Source of the DNA: Candidatus Hermodarchaeota archaeon | GTDB taxonomy: Archaea; Asgardarchaeota; Thorarchaeia; Thorarchaeales; Thorarchaeaceae | DNA: 64,000 nt | Reading direction: 5' to 3' | Assembly: GCA_048885865.1 (NCBI GenBank) | Contig: JBHLLF010000006.1 | Span: 63,306 to 127,305 of the forward strand | Shown here: positions 9,228 through 19,390 of the stretch, one piece after another | How the letters are laid out: every line of letters starts with the position of its first letter | Numbering within the stretch: the stretch's first letter is position 1 | The notes under the pieces: model-generated | Databases searched by the model: none | What the model was told of the DNA's origin: nothing | Seen by the model: only the letters and a program-made list of their open reading frames with translations | Position numbers and translations under genes: made by a program

Positions 9228-9265
9228 GAAATGAGAGAGGGGGCGTACGGAGAAGAGAACATGTT

Positions 9266-9303
9266 GAAGCAGGGTCCGCCCCCCCGTACCCTGCTTCGTT
9301 TTC
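9266..9303 (+). terminator. GC-rich hairpin plus T tract downstream of the GGR gene
   Basis: GAAGCAGGGT ... ACCCTGCTTC 10-bp inverted repeat followed by GTTTTC. Confidence 0.5.
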
Positions 9304-9481
9304 ACTTGCAACATGCCCGTGGATAACCGTTCGCATCCACGCGGAGTTCCTGCATATTACCGCAACAGTAGAGTATCCGCGTACATTATAAGGCAATTGT
9401 GGTTGTAAACATTCATCAAGTAAGTATGTTGTGAGTTTAAGCATAGATTTGAGGATACTCAGAATTGGGTTGGTCAGGATC

Positions 9482-10525
9482 ATGATTGAAGATGAAACTC
9501 TTAGAGAGGCTCTAGAAATTCTTGGCCTCAATGTGGGTACTGCTGAAGAGGAGTCGAGAACGATAGGAATACTTCGTGCGATCTTGAAGATTCGAGGAAC
9601 CCCTCCTGCACCGCGCACATTCGCTGAAGTCTATGACTCTGTCCTGCAGGAAAATCCTGAGGGAAAGCTCTCGAAGGCTTGGGTGCATAGAGTGTTAAAG
9701 CCCTTAGTTGAGAACCAACTTGTGCGGGTTGAGGGTCAGTCTCGTAAGAGCTACGTTGTTGATGTTAACACAATAATGACTGGATTAGAACAGCTCAAGA
9801 CTAGCAGAATAAACCAGATTCGTGATGAGTTAGAAACGCTGAAGGCGAACCAAGACCAGATCTCGAAGCTGGATTGCGGAGTATTAGCTCAGCGTTTGGT
9901 GAAATCTTTGACCGGTCAAGATGAAGCTCCAACAACTCGAATCGTTCGCGGAGTTGATGAACTAGACAGAGTCCTGAAGTACAATATAACTGATGTAGCA
10001 AAGAAAGGCGACGTGATACGAGCTACTGTGCTTTGGCTAACCCCTCTTCTAAAGGGAGGTGAAGACCGCATGATGAAGTTCATCGATGCAGCCCAGAGAG
10101 GAGCAGACGTCCGTTATCTCGTGACTCTGGATATCCTCTCAGCGGGTGAGTTGGTTGAGCGAGATATGGACCCTCAAAGGATAGACGGTATAGCTCAAGG
10201 TATAATCAAAATGCGAGAAGCTGGAATCAAGTTTGACGTGCGTGTGTTCCCAGCAGGAAGGACGTATAGTCAAGTAAGTCTGAATGACCAGAGCACCGCA
10301 TTCGTAATCACTGAGAACCCACTTACTGCAACATGGCTGACGAGAGAGTTCAATCCTGATTGGATTGATAACGCAATATCATCTTTTGACGAGAATTGGG
10401 AAAATGCAAAGTCATTGTTCGAACTCACTGCTGATGACTTCGAAAAGATGGGAGCAAGTGACAGCCCTCTTGCGAGAATGCTAGTTGGCGGGACAGACTT
10501 AAGTAATGGGAGCAAGAAGAAGTAG
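9482..10525 (+). CDS. TrmB-like transcriptional regulator (wHTH, coiled coil, PLD-fold domain), copy 1
   Basis: wHTH LSKAWVHRVLKPLVENQLV, coiled coil, IVRG..., AAQRGADVRYLV, F.ENWENAK. ORF track start 9431. Confidence 0.7.
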   Translation: MIEDETLREALEILGLNVGTAEEESRTIGILRAILKIRGTPPAPRTFAEVYDSVLQENPEGKLSKAWVHRVLKPLVENQLVRVEGQSRKSYVVDVNTIMTGLEQLKTSRINQIRDELETLKANQDQISKLDCGVLAQRLVKSLTGQDEAPTTRIVRGVDELDRVLKYNITDVAKKGDVIRATVLWLTPLLKGGEDRMMKFIDAAQRGADVRYLVTLDILSAGELVERDMDPQRIDGIAQGIIKMREAGIKFDVRVFPAGRTYSQVSLNDQSTAFVITENPLTATWLTREFNPDWIDNAISSFDENWENAKSLFELTADDFEKMGASDSPLARMLVGGTDLSNGSKKK

Positions 10526-10542
10526 ACATTGAGGCGGGGGCA

Positions 10543-11454
10543 GTGACACGCCAGACGGAAGAAGCGGCACTGGAATTGGTTGGTTTTGACCCAGATGAAA
10601 GAAGAATGGTGGTCTTGAGAGCCTTGATGAAAGCCCAGAGAAACCATGAAGCATTTGTTACTTTTGAAGACATTAAGGATGCGTTCATGATAGAGGAGGG
10701 AGAGAAAGGCGTGTCGGATCCACTTCTTTATCGAAGCCTAGCCTCATTGGAAAAGGACAGATTCATTATTGTTGACCGTACCGGGTACCGTCACAAATAC
10801 GGTTCGAGTCACAAAGTGATGCGAGTCGGTCTGAAGAGGGCAAAGGAAACAGCTGTGAAGGAGCTAGAGAGAAGGGTAAGTCAGCTCGAATCTGAAATCG
10901 AGGAGCTAAGATATCTTGATTCTGGAACTCTAGCAAGCCAATTCTTGTCAATAATGACAGGTCGTCGCGTTAGACCAAAGCCCATATTTGTGGAGGGCTT
11001 AGGACCATGTTTTGGCTTAATCGAGCGAGAGATATGTAAGCAGGCAAATCGTGGTGATATTATTCGAATTACAACTGACTGGATGAGGGCAGAAAAGGAT
11101 CATGAAGGCGGGATTGCTGCCCTCTTCGACTGCCTAGGAAGGAGTGGCGCAGAAACTCGAGTATTGTGTCGCTCAGAGGACAAAGATGGTTTCACAGCGG
11201 AGCTGGCTGCAGTTATTCAGAAACTGCAAGATCAGGGTCACAATATTGAGCTGAGGAGATGCATCCGACAAGATGCCACATACCAGTTTGCGTCAAAAAG
11301 CGGAGAGGGGATGGTGTTAATCGTAGCTGAAGAACCACTAGCTGGCACTTGGATTTCCAGAGAAGCAAATACAATGCTTATGGAGGATGCGATTGAGAGC
11401 TTCTCAGAGGACTATGGAAAAGCTGAGATTCTGACGGAGTCGAGAAACCAATGA
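10543..11454 (+). CDS. TrmB-like transcriptional regulator, copy 2
   Basis: VSDPLLYRSLASLEKDRFI wHTH, coiled coil, RGDIIR, GAETRVL; colinear with copies 1 and 3. Confidence 0.7.
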   Translation: MTRQTEEAALELVGFDPDERRMVVLRALMKAQRNHEAFVTFEDIKDAFMIEEGEKGVSDPLLYRSLASLEKDRFIIVDRTGYRHKYGSSHKVMRVGLKRAKETAVKELERRVSQLESEIEELRYLDSGTLASQFLSIMTGRRVRPKPIFVEGLGPCFGLIEREICKQANRGDIIRITTDWMRAEKDHEGGIAALFDCLGRSGAETRVLCRSEDKDGFTAELAAVIQKLQDQGHNIELRRCIRQDATYQFASKSGEGMVLIVAEEPLAGTWISREANTMLMEDAIESFSEDYGKAEILTESRNQ

Positions 11455-12422
11455 GCGGAATAGGCGGCAGGGATATCTTTGAGAGAATCGGTGTGGATAT
11501 GTCTTCTCGCGACATGCAGGTTCTTAAATTGCTAATTGGCATGGAGAAGAGCTCAGTTGGAGTTACTTTTGCTGAGCTCTTTGATCATCTGCAGGAGAAG
11601 GGCATGAATCTTTCAAAAGTCTGGATATACAGATGTTTGGCCCGTTTGGAGGATGAGGGTTTCGTCAGCACTGAACGAATTGAGAGCCCACGTCGATATA
11701 AGACGTCTGAAGGAATCATCGCGGAGGCTCTGAAGACGAAGCTGTCCTCACGTGTGAATGAATTGAAGTCCGATCAAGCCGAGGTAGAAGCGGACTTGAA
11801 GACAGTAAAAGACACAACAGTAAGAGACCTAACAATGATGGCATATGACACGATTGTGGGGAGTGTACCTATCGATACGTCGACTGTAATAGAAGGAGTC
11901 GAAAATGTGAGAAGCACACTCATAAGAGAAATTTTCCAGAAAGCAAAGCCTGGCGACGTAATAAGGCAAATCTCTTCCATACAGGTTATGGACAGAGATA
12001 ATGAAACCAGTGGCGTCACCGAAATGCAACTCTTGATGAAGGCGGCAGAGGGCATCAGAGTCTGGAGCATTCTAGTACCTACAGAAGATGCATCACGTGA
12101 CCCAAGTTTAATCTCTAGATACATCGGTGGATTGGGGAAGCTCCTGCAGGAAGTCATGAAAACTGGAAACCTGGTGGTTCGAAGTCCTAAGACTCCTCTC
12201 AAGACCTATAGAATGGTTGCTCTGAACACTGACGTGATGCTTCTCTACCTCACGCACTCTCCTGCATCCGACATGGCGGCGCTTGTTCGAAGGGAAGACA
12301 ATCCGGGATTGGTCGATGATGCATTGAACACATTCGAAAAGATCTGGGAAGAGGGAGTGGATATTATGGAAACAGTAGCAAGGCTGGCAAAATTAAAGGA
12401 CGAGGAGGATTCGAACTCATAG
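11451..12422 (+). CDS. TrmB-like transcriptional regulator, copy 3
   Basis: LSKVWIYRCLARLEDEGFV..PRRYK wHTH, VIEG, PGDVIR, FEKIWEEG; ATGA overlap with copy 2. Confidence 0.75.
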   Translation: MSGIGGRDIFERIGVDMSSRDMQVLKLLIGMEKSSVGVTFAELFDHLQEKGMNLSKVWIYRCLARLEDEGFVSTERIESPRRYKTSEGIIAEALKTKLSSRVNELKSDQAEVEADLKTVKDTTVRDLTMMAYDTIVGSVPIDTSTVIEGVENVRSTLIREIFQKAKPGDVIRQISSIQVMDRDNETSGVTEMQLLMKAAEGIRVWSILVPTEDASRDPSLISRYIGGLGKLLQEVMKTGNLVVRSPKTPLKTYRMVALNTDVMLLYLTHSPASDMAALVRREDNPGLVDDALNTFEKIWEEGVDIMETVARLAKLKDEEDSNS

Positions 12423-12425
12423 GAC

Positions 12426-13490
12426 CTATGACGGAATGACCCAGTCTGGGCCCTTGGAGAGCGTCAAGAAGATATCATCGCAGACAGCTTGAAAATCATC
12501 ATACATCCCATATTCACCACCTGCGGCATAGGGATGTCCACCTCCATTGAACAGCCCCGCTGCTACATCGCATAGGGTGGACTCATTGCCTCTTCTGAAT
12601 CCGAGGAGGCCGCCTTGACTTACAGTTATCAGCAAGTCAGCCACCTTCAATCTCTGCCCCTCAATCTCAAGGTTACTCTCATCAGCGAGAAATGTCCCGA
12701 GATCAGTAGTGGTGACTCCTGTAGGTATCTCAACAATGCGAACGAGCCGGTCATGAATAAGCTGGTCACAATGGCCAGCAAGTGACTTCTTCATCTTTTT
12801 GAGGCGCTCTTTCCGATATTCGCGGACCTGTTTCTCCATTGTTGCGTCCTTGAATTTCTTCGTTTTATCGTCCCATATTCCGGCTATACCATTCTCAGCT
12901 AAGCCAGTGACTATTGGCAGCACTGCGGCACTCATGTCCTCTTTCTTATTTATAGCAGCAAATCGACTGACTGAAACCAAATCTGCGAGAGCAACAGCTG
13001 CCTCCATTTCCCTTAGATTGAAATCAGTGTCATGTGCAATGCGTGCGAGATCAGCACAGATCTCATCCCTTGGCATGAGACTCTTGTGGGCAATCTCAGC
13101 TGCACAAAAGTCAGGGTTCACCCTAAGAACAGGATTGTTCCCTAGAGAAAGAACTGCGTCAATTGCCTGCTTACTCCATGAGTGATGGTCAAGCCAGACA
13201 ACTCTGCACCCTTGTGCGACTGCCTTTGACAGGCCATCCATGGCGAAATTCATCGAGTTCTCATCAATACCAAGATCAGTAATCACTATGAGCGTATGCC
13301 TTCGCTTAGCAACTTTCGAAAAGGCCTGATCGAAGGAGCCATAATCAGTCAGTATCATGTCAAACTTAAGACCCTTTGACTCGGCGTAGCGCCATACTAT
13401 CGCCGCTGCATTCAGACCATCTACGTCCTTGTCATGGGAGATTGATAGTAGTCCTGTGAGTTTACTCTTGGTACCTGGGTCATTGCTCAT
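12426..13490 (-). CDS. DHH family phosphoesterase (DHH + DHHA1)
   Basis: SH.DVDG, ITDLG, WLDHH, GGGHPYAAG. Confidence 0.85.
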   Translation of the reverse strand: MSNDPGTKSKLTGLLSISHDKDVDGLNAAAIVWRYAESKGLKFDMILTDYGSFDQAFSKVAKRRHTLIVITDLGIDENSMNFAMDGLSKAVAQGCRVVWLDHHSWSKQAIDAVLSLGNNPVLRVNPDFCAAEIAHKSLMPRDEICADLARIAHDTDFNLREMEAAVALADLVSVSRFAAINKKEDMSAAVLPIVTGLAENGIAGIWDDKTKKFKDATMEKQVREYRKERLKKMKKSLAGHCDQLIHDRLVRIVEIPTGVTTTDLGTFLADESNLEIEGQRLKVADLLITVSQGGLLGFRRGNESTLCDVAAGLFNGGGHPYAAGGEYGMYDDFQAVCDDIFLTLSKGPDWVIPS

Positions 13491-13611
13491 AGTGTATTCA
13501 GAAGGAAAATCGAAAGGGGCCTTTTCTTTCTTTCTTTAATGTACAATTAACTTGATGAAAGAATTCGGAAGTGTTTTCTATCACCGCTTACGACAACTCC
13601 GATGGTCCAAG

Positions 13612-15483
13612 ATGGATGATGAAACTTCTGCTCGATTGATGAGCGGCAATGAAGCACTGGCTAGAGGTGCGCTTGAAGCGGGAGTGGGCTTCTGTACATC
13701 CTACCCAGGAACACCTGCAACACAGATAACAGAATACATCATGAGAAAAGCTGAGAGTATTGGAATCCATGCAGAATGGAGTGTCAATGAAAAAGTCGCG
13801 CTTGAGGCAGCTGCGGCTGCGAGTTGGGCAGGCATACCTGCTCTCTGCTCAATGAAGTCTCTTGGCCTTAATGTCGCGTCCGATTCTCTTCTGACTATGA
13901 ATTTATCAGAATGTGGAGACGGGGGACTTGTCATTATTTTTGGTGATGATCCTGAAGGCCACTCCACTAGTACTGAGCAAGACTCTCGATTCTATGCAAA
14001 GGCAGCACTACTACCTCTGCTAGAGCCATCGGGATACCAAGAAGCAAAGGATGTGGTGCCCTATGCCTTTGACCTCTCAAGAAAATACAAGGTACCAGTC
14101 ATTATTCGAAGCACAACTCGACTCGGTCACTCTCGCGGACTGGTTAATCCCAGCCCAATTGATAGTTATGATTACCCCAAACCCCTAAAGATGAAAGAGA
14201 AGCTCTACAATGTCCCGAATCCTCATCTAGCAAAACGGGAACTTCAGAACAAGATTCAGCGCATCTCAGAGGAATTTGACACTAGCTCATTCAACAAGTT
14301 ACGTTTGAAGAAGAATGTAGACCTTCTGACGATTGCATCTGGAATATGCCAAAGGTATGCAGAAGAGGCGAAGGAATTGGCAGGTGCAGAAAGCAGTGGA
14401 ACTTTGGGACTTGTTACAACACATCCCCTACCAAGGAAGTTGATATACAAGGCAATCAATAAGGCACCTGATGTGCTCTTTCTGGAAGAATCAGATCCAT
14501 TTGTAGAGGATGCAGTGCGAGCGTTATCAACTGATTTGCCTTCCGTCAGCTGTAAGTTCCATGGTAAATGGAATGGTGCAGTACCGGCATACGGAGAAAT
14601 GAATACTGACCTTGCAATCGAAGCACTGCAGAAAGCACTAGGCCTCAAATTGAAGAGGCATGATAAAAAGGAGGAAGGCCTAAGGGAAGCTGCACGCTCG
14701 CTCCTTATTCGACGAGCCTTGACGTTCTGTGCTGGATGTACACACAGGAATGTGTACTGGGCCGTTCGCAAGGTGAAGCAGAGGTTGGGCGGAAAGCTCT
14801 CGGTGACAGGGGATATTGGTTGCTATTCCCTCGGAGTCTTCTATGATGAAGCTATAGGTACACTATTCTCAATGGGGTCAGGAATAGGGATTGCTAGCGG
14901 TCTAGGCCAACTTCATGAACTTGGGTTCGAATCTAGAGTCGCAGCAGTGGCAGGAGACTCGACTTTTCTGCATGCCTGCATACCTGCTCTGATTAATGCG
15001 AGGCACAAGAATGCGAATGTCACATTCATGATTCTTGACAATTCCACCACAGCTATGACCGGGTTCCAGAAACATCCAGGTGCGGAAGACCAGCCCGAGG
15101 GACAAAGGATGGTGAGTGTTGAGAAGATAGTCCAAGCTATCGAACCAGACTTCTATGCTGTTGGCGATGCTGTGGACTTGTCTAGCACAATAGACCTCAT
15201 TCATGACACCATCCGTAAAGATGGCCTCAATGTTCTACTGTTCAAGAGCATTTGTAGACTTGAGGAACAGAGGATGGGAGAATCCTATTCTGAACTAGAA
15301 CCAATTTACATTGACTCAGATGCATGCCGTGGCGACAGCTGCAAGATTTGTGCTGCACAGTTTGGATGTGTAGCTCTTGGATGGCACGATGAAACAGCGA
15401 AACCAATCGTCTATGACCATGTCTGTGTGAGATGCGGCGCCTGTGTAATGGTATGCCCACACGATGCGATCAAGCGGGGATGA
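13612..15483 (+). CDS. iorA: Indolepyruvate ferredoxin oxidoreductase alpha subunit
   Basis: GNEALARG, YPGTP, NEKVALE, FCAGCTHR, GDIGC, GDSTF, TAMTG, C-terminal ferredoxin Cys motifs. Confidence 0.92.
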   Translation: MDDETSARLMSGNEALARGALEAGVGFCTSYPGTPATQITEYIMRKAESIGIHAEWSVNEKVALEAAAAASWAGIPALCSMKSLGLNVASDSLLTMNLSECGDGGLVIIFGDDPEGHSTSTEQDSRFYAKAALLPLLEPSGYQEAKDVVPYAFDLSRKYKVPVIIRSTTRLGHSRGLVNPSPIDSYDYPKPLKMKEKLYNVPNPHLAKRELQNKIQRISEEFDTSSFNKLRLKKNVDLLTIASGICQRYAEEAKELAGAESSGTLGLVTTHPLPRKLIYKAINKAPDVLFLEESDPFVEDAVRALSTDLPSVSCKFHGKWNGAVPAYGEMNTDLAIEALQKALGLKLKRHDKKEEGLREAARSLLIRRALTFCAGCTHRNVYWAVRKVKQRLGGKLSVTGDIGCYSLGVFYDEAIGTLFSMGSGIGIASGLGQLHELGFESRVAAVAGDSTFLHACIPALINARHKNANVTFMILDNSTTAMTGFQKHPGAEDQPEGQRMVSVEKIVQAIEPDFYAVGDAVDLSSTIDLIHDTIRKDGLNVLLFKSICRLEEQRMGESYSELEPIYIDSDACRGDSCKICAAQFGCVALGWHDETAKPIVYDHVCVRCGACVMVCPHDAIKRG

Positions 15484-15486
15484 CCA

Positions 15487-16083
15487 ATGAAAGGTGACTA
15501 CAACATCTTAATTGCCGGTGTGGGAGGCCAGGGCAATCTTGTGTGTGGCAGAATTCTCTCCGAAGCTGCACTTCAGCAAGGGCTTCGTTCAGTGGTAGGG
15601 GAGACCTTTGGAGCTTCAAGAAGAGGCGGCACAGTTCTGACCCATCTTCGAATCAGTAAACAGGACAGAGGGCCTCTGATACCAAGAGGGAAAGCAGACC
15701 TCATATTGGGAATGGAGCCGCTTGAAACCTTGAGAGCAGCCATCGAGTACGCGAGTCAACAGACCGTTGTAGTTGTCAGTACCGCGATAGTTGAAACACC
15801 AAGCTCCCTATCTGATACTGAGGAATATCCGCCAATGGAAAAGATCATCGAATCACTCCGGACTCTTTGTGGAGATGTCATTGCACTTGACCCAGAAGAG
15901 GCGTTGGAGAATGCAGGAGGCTTGCGGTCGCTGAACTCCTACATGATTGGTGCCGTGTCAGTTTTGAAAGAGATTCCTTTGAGCAAGGACGAAATTCGCA
16001 AAGCGATAATCGCTACACTTCGGAATCCAGAACTGAATCTTGCAGCGTACGATGCAGGGACTGCTGATGTCCTCAAGTCGTGA
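15487..16083 (+). CDS. iorB: Indolepyruvate ferredoxin oxidoreductase beta subunit
   Basis: GVGGQG, GASRRGG.V, MEPLE.LR; directly follows iorA. Confidence 0.9.
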   Translation: MKGDYNILIAGVGGQGNLVCGRILSEAALQQGLRSVVGETFGASRRGGTVLTHLRISKQDRGPLIPRGKADLILGMEPLETLRAAIEYASQQTVVVVSTAIVETPSSLSDTEEYPPMEKIIESLRTLCGDVIALDPEEALENAGGLRSLNSYMIGAVSVLKEIPLSKDEIRKAIIATLRNPELNLAAYDAGTADVLKS

Positions 16084-16091
16084 CGGTGGTC

Positions 16092-18395
16092 CTACCTGTT
16101 TTTCTTTGCCTCAGTGGCCTTCTTTGCATCGCGCCACATCTGTTCGGCCAAGACAGTGAACATATCAGCTACACCTTCACCAGTCTTTGCAGAAGATTCC
16201 ATGTAGAGAAAGCCTTGGTCCTCAGCCCAGCGCTTGGCCTCAGCTGCTGGAACGGCCCTGTCTGGGAGGTCCGTCTTGTTACCTACGAGAACAATTGGCA
16301 CTCGCAAGCCAATTGACTCATCCGCCTCCTTGACCCATTTGGAGAGCTCGGTGAATGACCGTCTTCTAGTCACGTCATATACGAGGATGATGCCTGCTGC
16401 ACCACTGTAGTACATCTTCCGCACAGCCTTGAATCTGGCCTGCCCGGCCACGTCCCAACACTGAAGCTTGATCCCGACAGCGTATTCCGGTTCTGGGGGC
16501 GAAATGTGAGTGAGCTTGACGGCGAACTGAGATCCAATCGTCGTCTTGTAATCGCGTTCGAAAACACCAGTTACGTAGCGATTCACGAGGGTCGTCTTCC
16601 CCACTGCTCCTTCTCCCGTGACCATCACTTTGAAAAGATACGTGTAGCTGTCGCTGGGAGCTCCAGGACGAGGTGGCTTTGGAGTTCGTGCACGCATCTC
16701 TGTTACTAGAGCGCTCTCATCTGCGACCTCTTCGACTACTACCTGTGCGGTAGCAGGGGCTGCAGGGGCCGCCGCTTCCATCACTGCAGAAACTTCTTCA
16801 ACCTCAGAGATGACTGTGCCGGTCTCTTCTACTCCAAACAGCTTGTCGAGTAGCTCTTCAGCCTCTCTCAAGGACTCATCCGAACCCTCGGATGCGGTCA
16901 TTTTGAGAATCTCTGCTGCTTTTGCTTTCTCTACTTCAGCAAAACCAGTGCCTTCAGCAGGAGCATAGTCTGTCAAATCTTCAACGATGGCTGCCGAAGG
17001 TTCGGGCAATGTTACAGATGGCATGGCGGCAGGCGCAGCTACAGCAGCGCCTTTCTCTACAAGAATTGCGGTCTCAGGTGTTGTGATCTGTTTCACTTGG
17101 CCGGAAGCGTCTGTCCACATCAATACTATCGGTCGAATGATGACTGTTCCTTCAGTTGTAGGTACTAGGTCTAACTCAATTGTCTTGGTCTCACCAGGAT
17201 TCAAATCGAATCTGAGCTGGTTGTCTGACACCTGGAGGTTGTCCTTGGGGAACCAGTAGACCTTGCCAGTGACTCCAGTGATTGGCTGACTTGTGATATT
17301 CGCAACAGTAACTTTGCCAATGAGATTAGTGCCGGTCTTTGCTTGCGTATCAATCTCAAATTTGGGAATCAGCTGATAGAGGCCCTGGAGAACCCTCAGC
17401 GGACCGTTCGCTATGCCAACTAGGACTTCTTTTCGGTCATCTCCTCCTGCGTCTCCAACACTGATTGAGAGGATCTTCTCACCAATGTTCACGCTGGCCA
17501 GTTCCTGAAGTTCTGCCATATGCAGATTGTAGAATTTGACCTTGTAATCAGAAGTAGCAACTATCATCTCGTCCATGTGGTCTGCATTGATCTCTTCCAT
17601 CACAACAGAGAGTGCATTCACTCCTTCAAGCTTGGTGAAGAGGTCCAGCCTGCTCTCCTCGTTTCGATAGACTCTGACAGTACCATCTCGAGTGACAACA
17701 CCCAGTTCCATCTTCCTGTCACCCAAGATATCTCCGGCCTTTACTGATATGATTGGGCTCGGGAGCTGGAGTACCTCAATCTCCTCAATGGTGTGGTCTC
17801 TCACCTTGAATACTCTGAGTGACCCATCAATATTGCCTGTGACAAACTCGTCGATTTCATCTCCAATAACATCACAGATTCCTATCGATATTGGCATGTT
17901 CTCAAGCTGATGCTTGGCATATTCCGTAATCTTGTCATCAGCATCCATTTGGAATACTCGAAGAGACGAGTCACTCGCTGCAACAATTATCTCGTTCTTC
18001 TCATCCCCTGTGACATCAGTCACCATGACGGTTGTGATGAACTTGTCAATTGGATACTCTGCTAGAAGTTGAAACTGGCCGCTTGGGGCGAATCTATAGA
18101 CTTGAAGAGTGCCGGATTCGCCTGGAATCTCTCCTGGGTCGAGACTGCGTCCTACAACAATCTCCATTCGACCATCATTATTCGCATCTGCAATTTTGAG
18201 TGACAGGATACTACCTTCTAGATCCTTCTGAGCGAGAAACCTAATTTCTGCAGTACTTCCATCATATAATCTAAGGACACCATCCCGGTCTCCTGTGCAC
18301 AGCTCTGATGTTCCAGATCCAGTGACGTCTCCCATGGCTATTGCGGTGGTGCTTTTGTCGTCCTCGATCTCGAAGAGAATTCTGGGCGTGGTCAA
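16092..18395 (-). CDS. FG-GAP-like 7-blade beta-propeller + Ig-like domain + acidic linker + Rab-like small GTPase fusion
   Basis: Seven D.xgD...E.vvg repeats; beta-sandwich at about aa 340-447; GTPase motifs GEGAVGKT, TTIG, WDVAGQ, GNKTD, ESSAK. Confidence 0.85.
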   Translation of the reverse strand: MTTPRILFEIEDDKSTTAIAMGDVTGSGTSELCTGDRDGVLRLYDGSTAEIRFLAQKDLEGSILSLKIADANNDGRMEIVVGRSLDPGEIPGESGTLQVYRFAPSGQFQLLAEYPIDKFITTVMVTDVTGDEKNEIIVAASDSSLRVFQMDADDKITEYAKHQLENMPISIGICDVIGDEIDEFVTGNIDGSLRVFKVRDHTIEEIEVLQLPSPIISVKAGDILGDRKMELGVVTRDGTVRVYRNEESRLDLFTKLEGVNALSVVMEEINADHMDEMIVATSDYKVKFYNLHMAELQELASVNIGEKILSISVGDAGGDDRKEVLVGIANGPLRVLQGLYQLIPKFEIDTQAKTGTNLIGKVTVANITSQPITGVTGKVYWFPKDNLQVSDNQLRFDLNPGETKTIELDLVPTTEGTVIIRPIVLMWTDASGQVKQITTPETAILVEKGAAVAAPAAMPSVTLPEPSAAIVEDLTDYAPAEGTGFAEVEKAKAAEILKMTASEGSDESLREAEELLDKLFGVEETGTVISEVEEVSAVMEAAAPAAPATAQVVVEEVADESALVTEMRARTPKPPRPGAPSDSYTYLFKVMVTGEGAVGKTTLVNRYVTGVFERDYKTTIGSQFAVKLTHISPPEPEYAVGIKLQCWDVAGQARFKAVRKMYYSGAAGIILVYDVTRRRSFTELSKWVKEADESIGLRVPIVLVGNKTDLPDRAVPAAEAKRWAEDQGFLYMESSAKTGEGVADMFTVLAEQMWRDAKKATEAKKNR

Positions 18396-18589
18396 TTTGA
18401 GATACCATCCGGTGCGAAAACAACGCCATTCAGACCTTCAACTACGTGTCTAGTGGGTTGTTCTAATAGTTCCATGAGGGCGAACGGCCTTTTTGTACTT
18501 TGTTGGGTCAGTCTCAACTATCATATATGGAATGCACAAAATAGCACATTATTTAACACGAAGCCGTCGTGATGTAGCTTGGTGACACC

Positions 18590-19390
18590 TTGCCTACACT
18601 CTCAGTTCGGAACATTGTGAAGGCCTATCCCAATGGCGAAGGCGGAGAAACTAGAGTACTCGATGGAATTTCGTTTGAAGTGAAAGATGGGGAATTTCTG
18701 AGTATCCTAGGCCCTTCAGGTTGTGGAAAAACAACACTCCTGAAGATTATCGCAGGGCTCCTCGAACCAGACGAGGGAGATATTTCGATAGACGGGGTTC
18801 AAGTGGGTCCAGGTCACAATCGTGTGGGCTTTATATTCCAGCAGGAGTCGCTTTTTCCTTGGAGGACAATACGCGAGAATATCGAATTTGGATTAGAAAT
18901 TGCTGGTTCCGATATGCCCAGCAGACGTAAACTCGCTGATGAGATAATCAGAATAGTAGGAATGGAAGGGCTGGAAGATAGCTTTCCACATGAAGTTTCT
19001 GGCGGGCAAGCACGACGGGCTGAGATGGCAAGGAGTCTGATAATCAAGCCTGATATCCTGGTAGCTGACGAGGCTCTCTCAAATCTAGACCTACAGACCA
19101 GAAATTACATTCAATCAGAATTTCTAAGGATTACTGAAGAAACTGGTTCAACTGTTCTTTTTGTGTCACATAATGTGGATGAAGCAGTCTTCATGTCTGA
19201 CCGAATTCTTGTAATGAGCAACATGCCATCCAAAATGATCGCGGCTTATGAGGTTGATCTTCCCAGGCCACGAAATAGGACATCTCATGAGAGTCTTGAA
19301 TATCGAGCTAGGATATTGGAAGTGCTTGAGGTTGAACAAGAAAAGGCAATGGCTCGAAAGGCTACACAGAAACCTCCTGCCGCCACTTGA
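18590..19390 (+). CDS. NitT/TauT family ABC transporter ATP-binding protein
   Basis: GPSGCGKT, FQQESLFPW, SGGQ, SHNVDEAV, DLPRPR. Confidence 0.9.
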   Translation: MPTLSVRNIVKAYPNGEGGETRVLDGISFEVKDGEFLSILGPSGCGKTTLLKIIAGLLEPDEGDISIDGVQVGPGHNRVGFIFQQESLFPWRTIRENIEFGLEIAGSDMPSRRKLADEIIRIVGMEGLEDSFPHEVSGGQARRAEMARSLIIKPDILVADEALSNLDLQTRNYIQSEFLRITEETGSTVLFVSHNVDEAVFMSDRILVMSNMPSKMIAAYEVDLPRPRNRTSHESLEYRARILEVLEVEQEKAMARKATQKPPAAT

